This document shows positions 1-9,738 of a DNA stretch of 64,000 nucleotides, piece after piece (position 1 is the stretch's first letter; the number at the start of each line of letters is the position of its first letter). Position numbers and translations under genes: made by a program. Under the pieces are notes generated by a model, which was given only the letters and a program-made list of their open reading frames with translations, ran no database searches and was not told where the DNA came from. The stretch is taken from positions 41,553 to 105,552 of the forward strand of contig JAUSEW010000027.1 of the NCBI GenBank assembly GCA_030651475.1, read 5' to 3'. Origin of the DNA: Candidatus Levyibacteriota bacterium. Lineage in GTDB: Bacteria > Patescibacteriota > Microgenomatia > Levybacterales > UBA12049.

Positions 1-933
1 ATACCCGCTATATTTGAGAAACAATATGTTATCGGTCTTGAAATTTTTAATTTGAATACTAATTTCCCGGATTTATATCAATTAATTTTTCCTTCATGGG
101 GATCAGGTTTTTTTGGAACAAATATGGCTACAGAAATGTCTATCCAAATAGGAGTAGCCAATATTTTTGCGGTATTTATAAGCCTATACGTTGGATACAT
201 GTTTTTTAGAAAGAAAAAAATAGAATATAGAATAATTTTCTTTTTTATAATATCTTTTATAATTCTTTTATTTTTAATGCAAAAAATTTCCTATCCGATT
301 TGGGCCAACATTCCGCTCGTAAATTATTTTCAATTTCCATGGAGACTTTTAAGCCTTGTTATATTAATCGCTTCATTTCTAGCAGGGAGTATTGTTTTTT
401 ATTGGAAGTCATGGGTTTTGACAATCATTATGATTGCTTTTACTTTTCTTTTGGGAATTGAATACGCAAAACCAGCGTATTATCACTATAGAGATGATTC
501 TTACTATATAACGCGATCTAATTTTATAGATGGAACTAATAGTCCTGGAAACGCGTTCAATACGATTTTTTTTAATGAGAATTTAAAGAAACAAACAAAT
601 AAGGCATTTTTTCTAAAAGGGGATGGCGTTATAACGTCCAAGAAAATTACCAGCAGCTTTTACAATTTTAACATAGAGACTAAATACGAATCGGAAATAG
701 GTATAAATACGGCATATTTTCCAGGATGGTCGGTGTTTGTTGATAGTAAAAAGGTTAAGGTAAATGTAACCCCTAATGGACTTTTTTCTTTCAAGCTTAA
801 TTCGGGAAATCATGACGTAAAAATAGAGTTTGGATCTACAAGTCCAAGAACGATTGGCACAATTTCATCCCTTGTTTTTATATTATTGAGTTTATTTTTC
901 TTAACTAAAGATTTTTTCGCTAGGAACAAATAA
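1..933 (+). CDS. 5'-partial GT-C-like membrane protein with YfhO-like C-terminal domain (PTPS-related/YfhO family)
   Basis: The frame is open from base 1 (IPAIFEKQY...). It has multiple TM helices, an FQFPWR motif, a 'AYFPGWSVFVD' YfhO-type C-terminal motif and a terminal TM helix. Confidence 0.7.
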   Translation: MPAIFEKQYVIGLEIFNLNTNFPDLYQLIFPSWGSGFFGTNMATEMSIQIGVANIFAVFISLYVGYMFFRKKKIEYRIIFFFIISFIILLFLMQKISYPIWANIPLVNYFQFPWRLLSLVILIASFLAGSIVFYWKSWVLTIIMIAFTFLLGIEYAKPAYYHYRDDSYYITRSNFIDGTNSPGNAFNTIFFNENLKKQTNKAFFLKGDGVITSKKITSSFYNFNIETKYESEIGINTAYFPGWSVFVDSKKVKVNVTPNGLFSFKLNSGNHDVKIEFGSTSPRTIGTISSLVFILLSLFFLTKDFFARNK

Positions 934-985
934 GCTAGAATATGCACTTTTTGATTTGGAATAAGAGCTCTATATTGCTGGGGGT

Positions 986-1927
986 CTATTTAGACGTATA
1001 CTTAATTATGCTTTTTACAATATATTTTGGTCGTTGTTTAACTTCTTCAAAGATTTTTCCTATATACTGTCCCAAAACACTAATTCCCAGGAGTTGAATC
1101 GCGCCGATGAATAAGACGATAACAAGAATAGTAGTTGTTCCTTGAGGAGTATTTGGCAGTAGAAATCTTAAAATTATTTGTACTATCATTGCGACAAGAG
1201 CGATAATAAAAACAGCGAACGAGACAAGAGTCATAATTTCTAAAGGAACATAGGAAAAAGAAAAAATTCCTTTTGATGCCCAATTAAGATTTTTAAGGAA
1301 ATTGTTAGTAGTTTTTCCAAACATTCTTTCAGGACGCATATAAGGAACACCTATTTGCTTAAATCCTACCCATGCGCGTATTCCTCTTAGAAATCTATCT
1401 CTTTCAGGAAACGTTTTGATTATCTTTACTACTTTTTCATCAATCAAGGAGAAATCTCCAGCATCAAGAGGAATACGAATGTAAGACATCATATGAAATA
1501 TTCTGTAGAACAATTTATACAGAATTGACATATAGAGAGGTGCGTCTCTTTCTGTTCTTACTCCATATACAACATCATATCCTTCTTGCCATTTTTTATA
1601 GAATTTTTCTATAATTTCCGGAGGATCTTGGAGATCTCCATCTAGAAGCACAACCGCATCCCCGGATGCAATCTCCATCCCGCTTGTAAATGCCATTTGA
1701 GAATTGAAGTTTCTTGAATGATTTACCCCAATTACATGTTTGTCTTTTTTAGCTAATTGTTCTAGTACTTTTTCTGTATTATCCGGGCTACCATCATTTA
1801 CGAAAATTATTTCGTAATCCACTCCTATTTTTGTGAATACAAAGGACAGCCTTTTATGCATAATAGGAATTGCCTGTTCGTCTTTGTAGCAGGCAATAAT
1901 TGCAGATATTTTCTTTTTCACAGCCAT
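986..1927 (-). CDS. GtrB-like polyprenyl-phosphate glycosyltransferase (GT2)
   Basis: VNDGSPD, SRNF and LDGDLQDPPE motifs, two C-terminal TM helices and an RPKYIV tail. Confidence 0.9.
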   Translation of the reverse strand: MAVKKKISAIIACYKDEQAIPIMHKRLSFVFTKIGVDYEIIFVNDGSPDNTEKVLEQLAKKDKHVIGVNHSRNFNSQMAFTSGMEIASGDAVVLLDGDLQDPPEIIEKFYKKWQEGYDVVYGVRTERDAPLYMSILYKLFYRIFHMMSYIRIPLDAGDFSLIDEKVVKIIKTFPERDRFLRGIRAWVGFKQIGVPYMRPERMFGKTTNNFLKNLNWASKGIFSFSYVPLEIMTLVSFAVFIIALVAMIVQIILRFLLPNTPQGTTTILVIVLFIGAIQLLGISVLGQYIGKIFEEVKQRPKYIVKSIIKYTSK

Positions 1928-1931
1928 AATT

Positions 1932-2444
1932 TTATCTTCTTAAATTAATATACCACGGATCTTTACTTTTTATCATCTTTTTAACTACTTCCGGAATTTC
2001 TTGTAAGGTTTTTGGCCATTCCGCCTGAATGTTTTTAAATATTTTCATTATCTGTTTGTCTTCTTCCGCCCAATGACAAAGGGCATGGTCCAGATAATCT
2101 TTATTTCTTCCAGATCCTACTAATTTGACTGGAATTTGTTCATAATCAATATAGTTTCTAATTGTTTCAAATGGACGATAGAGAAGAAATGAACTCATTG
2201 AATAAACAATAGGTATTTTACCTTCTAAGGCGAGGCCTACTGCAATTCCCATCATAGCTTGTTCTGCGGCTCCGCAATTTATAAACCTCTTGGGGAAGTC
2301 CTGTCGTATGCGATCAAATACCTTATATCCTAAGTCGCCAACAACTAACCATATTTTAGGATTTTTCACCATGTTTTTATAAAGCTCATAAGCGAACCAT
2401 CCCCGCATGCTTTCGTGTCTGTATTTTATATCAAATCCCATCAT
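1932..2444 (-). CDS. Transketolase-like pyrimidine-binding subunit (short, lacks C-terminal domain)
   Basis: GDLG, RFINCGAAEQAMMGIAVGLALEG and RPFETIR motifs; only 170 aa. Confidence 0.85.
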   Translation of the reverse strand: MMGFDIKYRHESMRGWFAYELYKNMVKNPKIWLVVGDLGYKVFDRIRQDFPKRFINCGAAEQAMMGIAVGLALEGKIPIVYSMSSFLLYRPFETIRNYIDYEQIPVKLVGSGRNKDYLDHALCHWAEEDKQIMKIFKNIQAEWPKTLQEIPEVVKKMIKSKDPWYINLRR

Positions 2445-3070
2445 TTTAATAATTCTAAAGCTTTTTCATAATCCTGATTTGTCATAATGTAGTAATGAGC
2501 ATCTTGACCTTTTAAGAAAGGCAGCTGCTGAACATCTGTTCGTTTAATGATGATGTCTGGGCAAAATGCTTTTAGTCTTTTTATTAATTCCATAGAATTA
2601 ATTTTACCGTAAGCTCCATATCCGTTAAGGTTTACGTACACCTTTAAATTATCTAAATTGTTGTCTGTTTTTATTCTCAATGCTTCCCAAATAGATCCTT
2701 CAGCTGCCTCTCCGTCGCTTATCATGCAATAAACATTCTTTGTCTTATTAGCCATTGCCATGCCTAAGGCAATCGGTAAGCCTTGTCCAAGACTTCCAGT
2801 CGTGCACCATATGCCATTTTTTTCATCTCTGCCGGCATGTATCCCATGTTTTTTTAGCAGATATTCTGGATTTCGTCTTTCATGTTTTTCCAAAACACAA
2901 TAGAGAGCAATAGCAGCGTGTCCCTCGGATAATATAAATTTTTCACCTTTTCTTTTCAAATTATATATTTCTTCTATAATATCCAGAGCGGTTAAGCAAC
3001 TCCCTATGTGAGTTTTTTTATATTTATAGGATATTTCAATTATTCTTTTTTTTAAGTCTTTATTTTTCAT
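2441..3070 (-). CDS. Transketolase-like N-terminal (ThDP-binding) subunit
   Basis: HIGSCL, ILSEGHA, TGSLGQGL and SDGEAAEGSIWEA motifs. The ATG at 3070 (MKNKDLKK) is preferred over 3103. Confidence 0.88.
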   Translation of the reverse strand: MKNKDLKKRIIEISYKYKKTHIGSCLTALDIIEEIYNLKRKGEKFILSEGHAAIALYCVLEKHERRNPEYLLKKHGIHAGRDEKNGIWCTTGSLGQGLPIALGMAMANKTKNVYCMISDGEAAEGSIWEALRIKTDNNLDNLKVYVNLNGYGAYGKINSMELIKRLKAFCPDIIIKRTDVQQLPFLKGQDAHYYIMTNQDYEKALELLK

Positions 3071-4010
3071 ATAATTTAAGGTACCATTTATAAGTTTCCT
3101 CAAGACCTTTTTCTAGACTAAACTTAGGTTTCCATTTTAGGAGTGTTTTGGTTTTTGAGATATCGGCAACCCAGTGTTGAGTGTCCCATATTCTTGTTGG
3201 ATATGCGCCTTTTTCTATTTTAACTTTCTTTTCAGTTATTTGAAAAAGCATTTTTATTACCTCATCATTGGTATATTCAATTCCAGTTCCCATATTTAAT
3301 ATCTGACCTGACAATTTTTTTCCATAGGATAAAGTTTTAATATACATATCAACAACATCTTTTATGTAGATAAAATCTCTGCGTTGTTTTCCTGGAGTAA
3401 GATTTATCGATTTGTCTTCAATTGCAGCTTTGATAATAGTGGGGATGAACCTGTCTTTCTCTTCATATTGTCCGTAAACGGAAAACGGTCTAAGGGTTAC
3501 GATTGGTTTTTTATATTCCCTTGCAAACACCTGACATAGAAGCGTAGCTGATGCTTTAGTAGCGGCATAAAAGCTTATGGGTTCAAGCAAGTCCTTTTCG
3601 TTCATTGGCTTATTTTTAAATCCGTATTCGGAAGAGGAACCTGTATTTATAAATATTGCATAATCAATATCCTTACTTGCCATAAGAAGATTAAGAGTGC
3701 CTTGGATATTAAGATTAATCATTTGTTTTATTGCCTGTTGGTTTCTGTAATTGCTATAAGTTGCTAGATGAATTATGATATCCGGTTTAATTTTACTTAC
3801 TGTTTTGGAAAGCCTTAGGCTGTCAAGAAGATCTATTTTGTATACTCTAATTTTAGAAACTATGTTTTCTAACCTCCAAAGGTCTGTATTTTTTCTTACG
3901 ATAAGATTAATATTATAACCTGTCTTCAGAAGCCGCCTAATCAAATTTGCTCCTATAAAACCAGCTCCTCCGGTAACAAGAACAGTTTTATTTGCTATAA
4001 TACTTTTCAT
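3060..4010 (-). CDS. NAD-dependent epimerase/dehydratase (extended SDR; NDP-sugar reductase-like)
   Basis: TGGAGFIG, GSSSEYG, YAATK (YxxxK) and RDFIY motifs. Confidence 0.9.
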   Translation of the reverse strand: MKSIIANKTVLVTGGAGFIGANLIRRLLKTGYNINLIVRKNTDLWRLENIVSKIRVYKIDLLDSLRLSKTVSKIKPDIIIHLATYSNYRNQQAIKQMINLNIQGTLNLLMASKDIDYAIFINTGSSSEYGFKNKPMNEKDLLEPISFYAATKASATLLCQVFAREYKKPIVTLRPFSVYGQYEEKDRFIPTIIKAAIEDKSINLTPGKQRRDFIYIKDVVDMYIKTLSYGKKLSGQILNMGTGIEYTNDEVIKMLFQITEKKVKIEKGAYPTRIWDTQHWVADISKTKTLLKWKPKFSLEKGLEETYKWYLKLYEK

Positions 4011-4023
4011 GGTTGATATTATA
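3993..4023. promoter_or_regulatory. Putative face-to-face -10 elements around a shared CATG start
   Basis: Plus strand: TGcTATAAT at 3993-4001, 7 nt before the ATG at 4009. Minus strand: TATAAT at 4023-4018, 7 nt before the ATG at 4010. Confidence 0.65.
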
Positions 4024-4905
4024 TGTGCTTTGTGCGGTAAAAATCAACGTACAGAAGTTTTATACAAATCTACATTTAACAAAAGGCAGATAACTAGCGT
4101 TACTTACTCGGCGCGCAGACCTCCAGACAGAATTCATTATAAGATACTTAAATGCCAGAAATGCGGATTAATTTTCTCATCCCCTGTTCTTGAGCCTTCA
4201 AAAATAACAGAATTCTACAGAGAGAGCGTTTGCAGCTACGATGAACAAATCCCTTATCTTATTAAGGCATACATGAGAGAATTTCAGCGGATAGAACCTT
4301 TCTTACCCCAAAATCCAAAAATTTTAGAGATAGGATGCGGAAACGGATTTTTTCTTGAAGCGCTAAAGAAAAGGGGGATAAAAGATTTGTTTGGGGTAGA
4401 ACCTAGTCCGAAAATGGTTTCCGAGGCGCCTTCATATCTCAAAAAGAGGATTACTAGCGATGTTTTTAAGCAAAAACAATTTCCGAATAATAATTTTGAT
4501 GCTGTTTTATGTTTTCACACTCTAGATCATGTTGTCAATCTAAATAAATTCATTAAATCGGTTCGAGAAATTCTTAAACCCGGAGGATTTATTTTTTTTG
4601 TTGTACACAATACAGATAGTATATTTGCAAAACTCTTTGGAGAAAAATGGCCCATTTTTGATATTGAACACATAGTCCTTTTTAACAAGAAAACCCTACG
4701 CACTTTATTTTCTAAACACCAATTTATAAATATTCAGACACTTGATGTTAGAAACTTTTACCCTCTTTCTTATTACGTGAACATGAGTCCAATATCTTTA
4801 AAAATCAAGAATATTTTATTAAATATATTGAATAAATTTAAACTGCAAAATATTAGTTTCCCTTTGGTCGGGAGCAACATTGGAATTATTGCGCAAAAAA
4901 AGTAA
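4009..4905 (+). CDS. Class I SAM-dependent methyltransferase with N-terminal Zn ribbon
   Basis: CALC...CQKCGL Zn ribbon, ILEIGCGNG and FHTLDHV motifs. Confidence 0.88.
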   Translation: MVDIICALCGKNQRTEVLYKSTFNKRQITSVTYSARRPPDRIHYKILKCQKCGLIFSSPVLEPSKITEFYRESVCSYDEQIPYLIKAYMREFQRIEPFLPQNPKILEIGCGNGFFLEALKKRGIKDLFGVEPSPKMVSEAPSYLKKRITSDVFKQKQFPNNNFDAVLCFHTLDHVVNLNKFIKSVREILKPGGFIFFVVHNTDSIFAKLFGEKWPIFDIEHIVLFNKKTLRTLFSKHQFINIQTLDVRNFYPLSYYVNMSPISLKIKNILLNILNKFKLQNISFPLVGSNIGIIAQKK

Positions 4906-4908
4906 ATT

Positions 4909-4937
4909 TTGCTTAAAAAATCCTGCTTTGCTAGAAT
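4909..4937 (+). promoter_or_regulatory. Putative sigma70 promoter, probably leaderless
   Basis: TTGCTT-17 nt-TAGAAT with an extended TG, 6 nt before the ATG at 4944. Confidence 0.6.
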
Positions 4938-4943
4938 AAAGAT

Positions 4944-6017
4944 ATGGATATAGCTATTGACGTATCCCCGCTGATTGACGCTCGTAATCTTGCGCATAGA
5001 GTCCGGGGCACAGGATTTTATATAGAAAATCTTAAAAAATCCTTATTGCAATATTATCCACGCAATAAGTATACTTTTTTTACTCGAGGTGAAAATTTAC
5101 CCAAAGATACGGATTTGGTGCATTATCCTTATTTTGAACCATTCTTCTTAACATTACCAATTTACAAAAAATATAAGACAATAGTAACCGTTCACGACTT
5201 AACGCCTTTAGTTTTTCCGAAATTTTTTCCAAGAGGTATAAAAGGAGAACTGAAATGGCAGTTGCAGAAAATCGCCTTACGTAGGGCGGATGCTATAATT
5301 ACAGATTCGCAATCCTCGAAGAAAGATATCGTTAAGAAAGCTGGCATCTCGGACAGTAAAATAAATGTAGTATATTTAGCAGCAACAGAGAGCTTTAGGA
5401 AATTTAATCCTTTCGATCGTAGAATAGCTAAGGTAAAAAAGAAATTTGGTTTACCCGATAAGTTTATATTATACGTTGGAGATGTGACATGGAATAAGAA
5501 CTTGCCTAGGCTGGTAGAAGCGGTAAATAAAATAAACCTACCTCTTGTTATGGCGGGCAAAGCTTTAGTCGATAAATATTTCGATAAGACCAATCCATGG
5601 AATCAAGATCTGATTAAAGTTCAAGAGTTAGCTAAAGGAAGAAATAATATTTTTAGTTTGGGTTTCGTTGAGACGGAGGATTTAGTATCTTTATATAACT
5701 CAGCTACACTTTTCACTATGCCTTCGATATATGAAGGATTTGGTTTGCCAATTCTTGAAGCAATGCAATGCGGATGCCCGGTTGTTACTACGAAAGAAGG
5801 ATCAATACGAGAAGTTACAGGAGAAGCAGGTTTTTACGTTGACGCTTACGATATTAACGATATTTCTAATGGTATAAAAAAAGTGTTTACGAGCGATACT
5901 CTTGGGGAGGAGTTATCTAAAAAAGGGATCATTCAAGCAAAAAAGTTCTCCTGGGAAAAAACCGCAGAAGAAACCCTTAATGTATACAAAAAAGTAGTAA
6001 TGGATGCCACAATTTGA
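4944..6017 (+). CDS. GT4 glycosyltransferase (MtfB/WbaZ-like)
   Basis: TVHDL, KNLPRL and PSIYEGFGLPILEAMQCGCPV motifs. Confidence 0.92.
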   Translation: MDIAIDVSPLIDARNLAHRVRGTGFYIENLKKSLLQYYPRNKYTFFTRGENLPKDTDLVHYPYFEPFFLTLPIYKKYKTIVTVHDLTPLVFPKFFPRGIKGELKWQLQKIALRRADAIITDSQSSKKDIVKKAGISDSKINVVYLAATESFRKFNPFDRRIAKVKKKFGLPDKFILYVGDVTWNKNLPRLVEAVNKINLPLVMAGKALVDKYFDKTNPWNQDLIKVQELAKGRNNIFSLGFVETEDLVSLYNSATLFTMPSIYEGFGLPILEAMQCGCPVVTTKEGSIREVTGEAGFYVDAYDINDISNGIKKVFTSDTLGEELSKKGIIQAKKFSWEKTAEETLNVYKKVVMDATI

Positions 6018-6571
6018 TATCATATCTTAAGATGGAATTTATTAATATTTTAAATAAGGACAAATCCACGATCATTCAAGATGTCATTATGCACCCCTTA
6101 AAGATTAATAAGGATGAATCCGGGATATTGGTTGAGACTCTTAGAACGGATTGGTCTGATATTTACGGTAAAGGTAGAGAATTTGCGATGCAGTATTACT
6201 CTGTTACTCCAAGTGGAATCGCAAGGGATGAAAAAGTATGGCATTATCATCCGACAGTTCAGGAAGACAGATTTTTGGTTATCCAGGGATCAATAATGGT
6301 GGCAATAGCAGATAATCGTGAAGATTCTTCAACTTACGGATTACTCAATCTTTTCCATATGAAGGTTGATGATAATCCTTATGTTCTGTTAATTCCCAAA
6401 AAGGTTTTTCACGGTTTTATGGTAGTTTCTAAAGAACCAGCCGTTCTTCTTAATTTTCCAACTTCTCTTTATAGTCCAAAAGAGGAAGGCAGGATTTCCC
6501 ACAAAGAAGCCCAAATAAAGCTTCCTGATGGATCCTTATTCTCATGGGATAGCGTGCGAAAAAATCTATGA
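6014..6571 (+). CDS. dTDP-4-dehydrorhamnose 3,5-epimerase-like cupin
   Basis: DESGILVE, WHYH, QEDRF, DNREDSSTYG and IPKKVFHGF motifs. The start may be the ATG at 6032. Confidence 0.8.
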   Translation: MISYLKMEFINILNKDKSTIIQDVIMHPLKINKDESGILVETLRTDWSDIYGKGREFAMQYYSVTPSGIARDEKVWHYHPTVQEDRFLVIQGSIMVAIADNREDSSTYGLLNLFHMKVDDNPYVLLIPKKVFHGFMVVSKEPAVLLNFPTSLYSPKEEGRISHKEAQIKLPDGSLFSWDSVRKNL

Positions 6572-7830
6572 GAAAAAAAATCCATCAGGTTATCGCGCAT
6601 CCCCTTATTTCAGGAAGTATAATAATTTTTCTTGGTTCATTATCGGCAAATATATTTAATTTTCTTTTTAACATTTTCATGAGTAGAAATCTTACGTTCT
6701 CCGATTATGGGGCATTGGCCAGCCTTATATCGATAATTACGCTTTTTGGTTTTTCGGCGGCAGGAATTGTTCCAACCATTGTTCGGTTTACAGGATCGTA
6801 TTTTGCTAAGGGAAATCTAGCATCAGTGAGGGGATTGTTCTTAAGAATGAACAAAATACTTTTTCTGGTTGGAGCAGTAATTTTCGCCATTTTTGTCTTA
6901 TATAGTCGCAATATAGGAGAGTTTTTTAGGATTAGTGATGAGTTTTTAATTATTCTTGTGGGGCTGAATGTTTTCGCGGGTTTTATCTTTATCATAAATC
7001 AAGCATTGCTTCAGGCAAAGCTGGATTTTATTTTTCTTTCAATAGTAATTTTTATAGGAGCTTTTTTAAAGTTTGTTGTTGGTGTTTCGCTGGTTTTTAC
7101 TGGATTTGCAGTGGGTGGCGCAATGTTGGCATTTTTCGTTGCAGGCTTGATTCCTTATTGTTTAACGTTTCTGCGCTTGCCTTTTTTGCTTCATCGAAGC
7201 GAAAAAAAAACTGTTATTAATTTCGTAACGATGTTCAAATATGCGGGTCCTGCAACATTGGCGTTTTTAGGACTTACTTCATTTATCTCAACAGACATTA
7301 TATTGGTAAAGCACTTTTTTGATCCGATACAGGCAGGAATATATGCGACCCTCTCTCTAATTGGAAGAGTCATTTTCTTTTTCTCGGCTCCTATTGGAAC
7401 GGTTATGTTTCCTCTTATTGTGCAGAAACATACGAAAAAAGAAAGTTATCATTCAATATTCGTCTTGTCTCTACTGCTGGTTTTTGTTGCTTCGGCACTT
7501 TTAACAATTTTCTATTTCTTATTCCCAGAGTTCATGCTATATGTTTTTAGCAAAAAAGAGGAAACAATTCTTGCTGCTCCGCTTGTTGGCTTTTTTGGAA
7601 TGTACGTAACTACGTATTCAATGCTTTTCATATGCACTAATTTCTATTTATCTATTAAAAAAACAAAAGTGTTTATTCCTGTACTTTTTGGGGCTATCCT
7701 TCAAGGAATATTAATATGGTTTTTCCATGAAACTTTTTTTCACATAATCGCTATTTCGCTTGGCATTACGGGTTTACTTCTTATTTTGCTTTTGCTATAT
7801 TACCTAAAGCTTTATGGCGAAACAAAATAA
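6568..7830 (+). CDS. wzx: Oligosaccharide flippase (Wzx/MOP family)
   Basis: About 12 TM helices with 'DIILVKHFF...AGIYA' and 'VMFP' Wzx-like motifs. Confidence 0.85.
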   Translation: MRKKIHQVIAHPLISGSIIIFLGSLSANIFNFLFNIFMSRNLTFSDYGALASLISIITLFGFSAAGIVPTIVRFTGSYFAKGNLASVRGLFLRMNKILFLVGAVIFAIFVLYSRNIGEFFRISDEFLIILVGLNVFAGFIFIINQALLQAKLDFIFLSIVIFIGAFLKFVVGVSLVFTGFAVGGAMLAFFVAGLIPYCLTFLRLPFLLHRSEKKTVINFVTMFKYAGPATLAFLGLTSFISTDIILVKHFFDPIQAGIYATLSLIGRVIFFFSAPIGTVMFPLIVQKHTKKESYHSIFVLSLLLVFVASALLTIFYFLFPEFMLYVFSKKEETILAAPLVGFFGMYVTTYSMLFICTNFYLSIKKTKVFIPVLFGAILQGILIWFFHETFFHIIAISLGITGLLLILLLLYYLKLYGETK

Positions 7831-8623
7831 AAGACAACATTTGGTATCCGTTATTATTCCCGCGTTCAAGCAGGAAAAAACGATTCGTGAAGATATACTG
7901 CGCATCAAAAATGTCATGGACGAATTACGGTATGATTATGAAATTATAGTTGTGGTCGATGGACAAGCGGACAAAACATTAGAAAATGCAAAAAAAGCGA
8001 GTTCTAATAAAGTCATAGTTGTAGGTTATGAGCATAATCATGGAAAGGGTTACGCTGTTAGGTATGGGATCGTGCATTCGAAAGGAGACATAGTTGGTTT
8101 TATTGATTCAGGAATGGATCTTAATCCAAATGGGCTTTCGATTATGCTTGAGCAATTTGAATGGCATAATGCGGATATTATAGTGGGCAGCAAACGCCAT
8201 CCAGCTTCTAGAGTTAAATATCCTTTAAGCAGGAAAATAATAAGTTTTCTGTCTCAAATTTTCATTAGATTACTTTTTGGCCTTAATGTACGAGATACGC
8301 AAGTTGGGATGAAATTTTTCAAAAGGGAGGTCATAGGGGATGTTTTCCCTAGATTGTTAGTTAAGGAATTCGCTTTTGATATAGAAATTTTGGTAGTAGC
8401 TTACAATCTGGGTTATAAAAAAATATTTGAGGCTCCCGTTGAAATCAAATATAACTTTGAGACAAGTTTGATTTCTCAAAGCTTAATGTCGGCATTATTT
8501 AAGACTTTTTGGGATTCTTTGGCGATTTTTTACCGGCTAAAAATCTTAAGATATTACGATAGTGCTAATAAAAGAAAATGGAGATATGATCCGGAATTGA
8601 ACCTTAGAGTTAACATAGGATGA
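7814..8623 (+). CDS. GT2, dolichyl/polyprenyl-phosphate glycosyltransferase-like
   Basis: NHGKGYAV, FIDSG, GSKRH, RDTQVGMKFF and FAFDIEIL motifs. Confidence 0.88.
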   Translation: MAKQNKRQHLVSVIIPAFKQEKTIREDILRIKNVMDELRYDYEIIVVVDGQADKTLENAKKASSNKVIVVGYEHNHGKGYAVRYGIVHSKGDIVGFIDSGMDLNPNGLSIMLEQFEWHNADIIVGSKRHPASRVKYPLSRKIISFLSQIFIRLLFGLNVRDTQVGMKFFKREVIGDVFPRLLVKEFAFDIEILVVAYNLGYKKIFEAPVEIKYNFETSLISQSLMSALFKTFWDSLAIFYRLKILRYYDSANKRKWRYDPELNLRVNIG

Positions 8624-9738
8624 GAATATTAATATTTAATTGGCGCGATATTAAGAATCCTTCTTCAGGCGGGGCAGAAATTTTAACTCATGAGCTTGCA
8701 AAAAGATGGGTTAAGTGGGGGCATCATGTAACTTTGTTTGCTTCATTATTTGAAGGAGGATTTTCCAAAGAAAATGTTGATGGGGTAGAGATAATCAGGA
8801 AAGGAAATCCCGATGCTCGTCATCTTTTTAATTCAGTACACTTTTTAGCATATCGAGAATATGAAAAAAACTTCAAGGGTAAATTTGATATTGTTATTGA
8901 CGAGGTCCACGGTCTTCCATTTTTTACACCGTGGTATGTAAAAGAAAAGAAGATAGTTTTAATTTGTGAAGTTGCGGATGATATTTGGATAAAAATGTTC
9001 GGAGGATTTTTTGGCTATATCGGAAGGATTACTGAGATTTTCTATCTTAGACTAGTTTATAAAAAAATTCATTTTATCACAATCTCCAATTCTACTAAAA
9101 TTGATTTGGTTAAGAATGGGGTGGATCGTAAAAACATAAAAGTTTTACCGATGGGGATAAATAGGCCAAAAAATGTCAAGGTTTTGAAAAAAGAAAACAA
9201 TCCCACTATAATTTTCGTAGGACGTTTGGCAAAGACTAAGGGAGTAGAAGATGCTTTGCTTGCTCTATCTAAATTAAAAAGGTGGAATAACGATGTTAAG
9301 TTGTGGATCGTTGGTAGAGGAAATAGCGAATACGAACAACATTTAAGAGATATGGTTAAAAAACTTAGTCTTGAGAATGCGGTTACTTTTTTCGGTTTCG
9401 TGGTTGAGAATAAGAAATTTGAACTAATGTCAAGGGCACACGCATTGATTTCCCCATCGTTTAAGGAAGGATTCGGTTTAACTATTCCGGAAGCAGGAAT
9501 GGTAGGGACTCCGGCTGTTGTTTATAATTCTCCTGGGCTTTCTGAAGTAGTCATAAACCATAAGACTGGATTAGTCTGTAATAAAAATACCACGGAAGAA
9601 TTATTTAGAAATCTGGTTAAGCTTTTTGAAAATAAAAAGCAATATAGGACATTAAGGGATGGAGCGATTGAACAAAGCAGGCAATATGATTGGCAAAAAA
9701 CTGCAAATTATTTTGTGCGAATAATAGAAAACATATGA
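8620..9738 (+). CDS. GT4 glycosyltransferase
   Basis: NWRDIKNPSSGGAE, FVGRL and KEGFGLTIPEA motifs. Confidence 0.92.
   Translation: MRILIFNWRDIKNPSSGGAEILTHELAKRWVKWGHHVTLFASLFEGGFSKENVDGVEIIRKGNPDARHLFNSVHFLAYREYEKNFKGKFDIVIDEVHGLPFFTPWYVKEKKIVLICEVADDIWIKMFGGFFGYIGRITEIFYLRLVYKKIHFITISNSTKIDLVKNGVDRKNIKVLPMGINRPKNVKVLKKENNPTIIFVGRLAKTKGVEDALLALSKLKRWNNDVKLWIVGRGNSEYEQHLRDMVKKLSLENAVTFFGFVVENKKFELMSRAHALISPSFKEGFGLTIPEAGMVGTPAVVYNSPGLSEVVINHKTGLVCNKNTTEELFRNLVKLFENKKQYRTLRDGAIEQSRQYDWQKTANYFVRIIENI

Noticed and set aside
5192-5593. 133-aa antisense ORF, and the many other 60-145 aa shadow ORFs (e.g. 12589-13023, 57290-57655)
   Set aside because: They lie opposite or out of frame within well-supported genes and have no recognisable motifs.
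7202-7210. A9 homopolymer in wzx, and similar A/T runs, as phase-variation sites
   Set aside because: Runs of 8-9 A/T are expected in DNA this AT-rich, and all frames are intact.
9690-9734. Extended N-termini in the ORF track (9690, 35234, 32458, 62509, 3103)
   Set aside because: Downstream ATGs close to the previous stop codon match family N-termini better.
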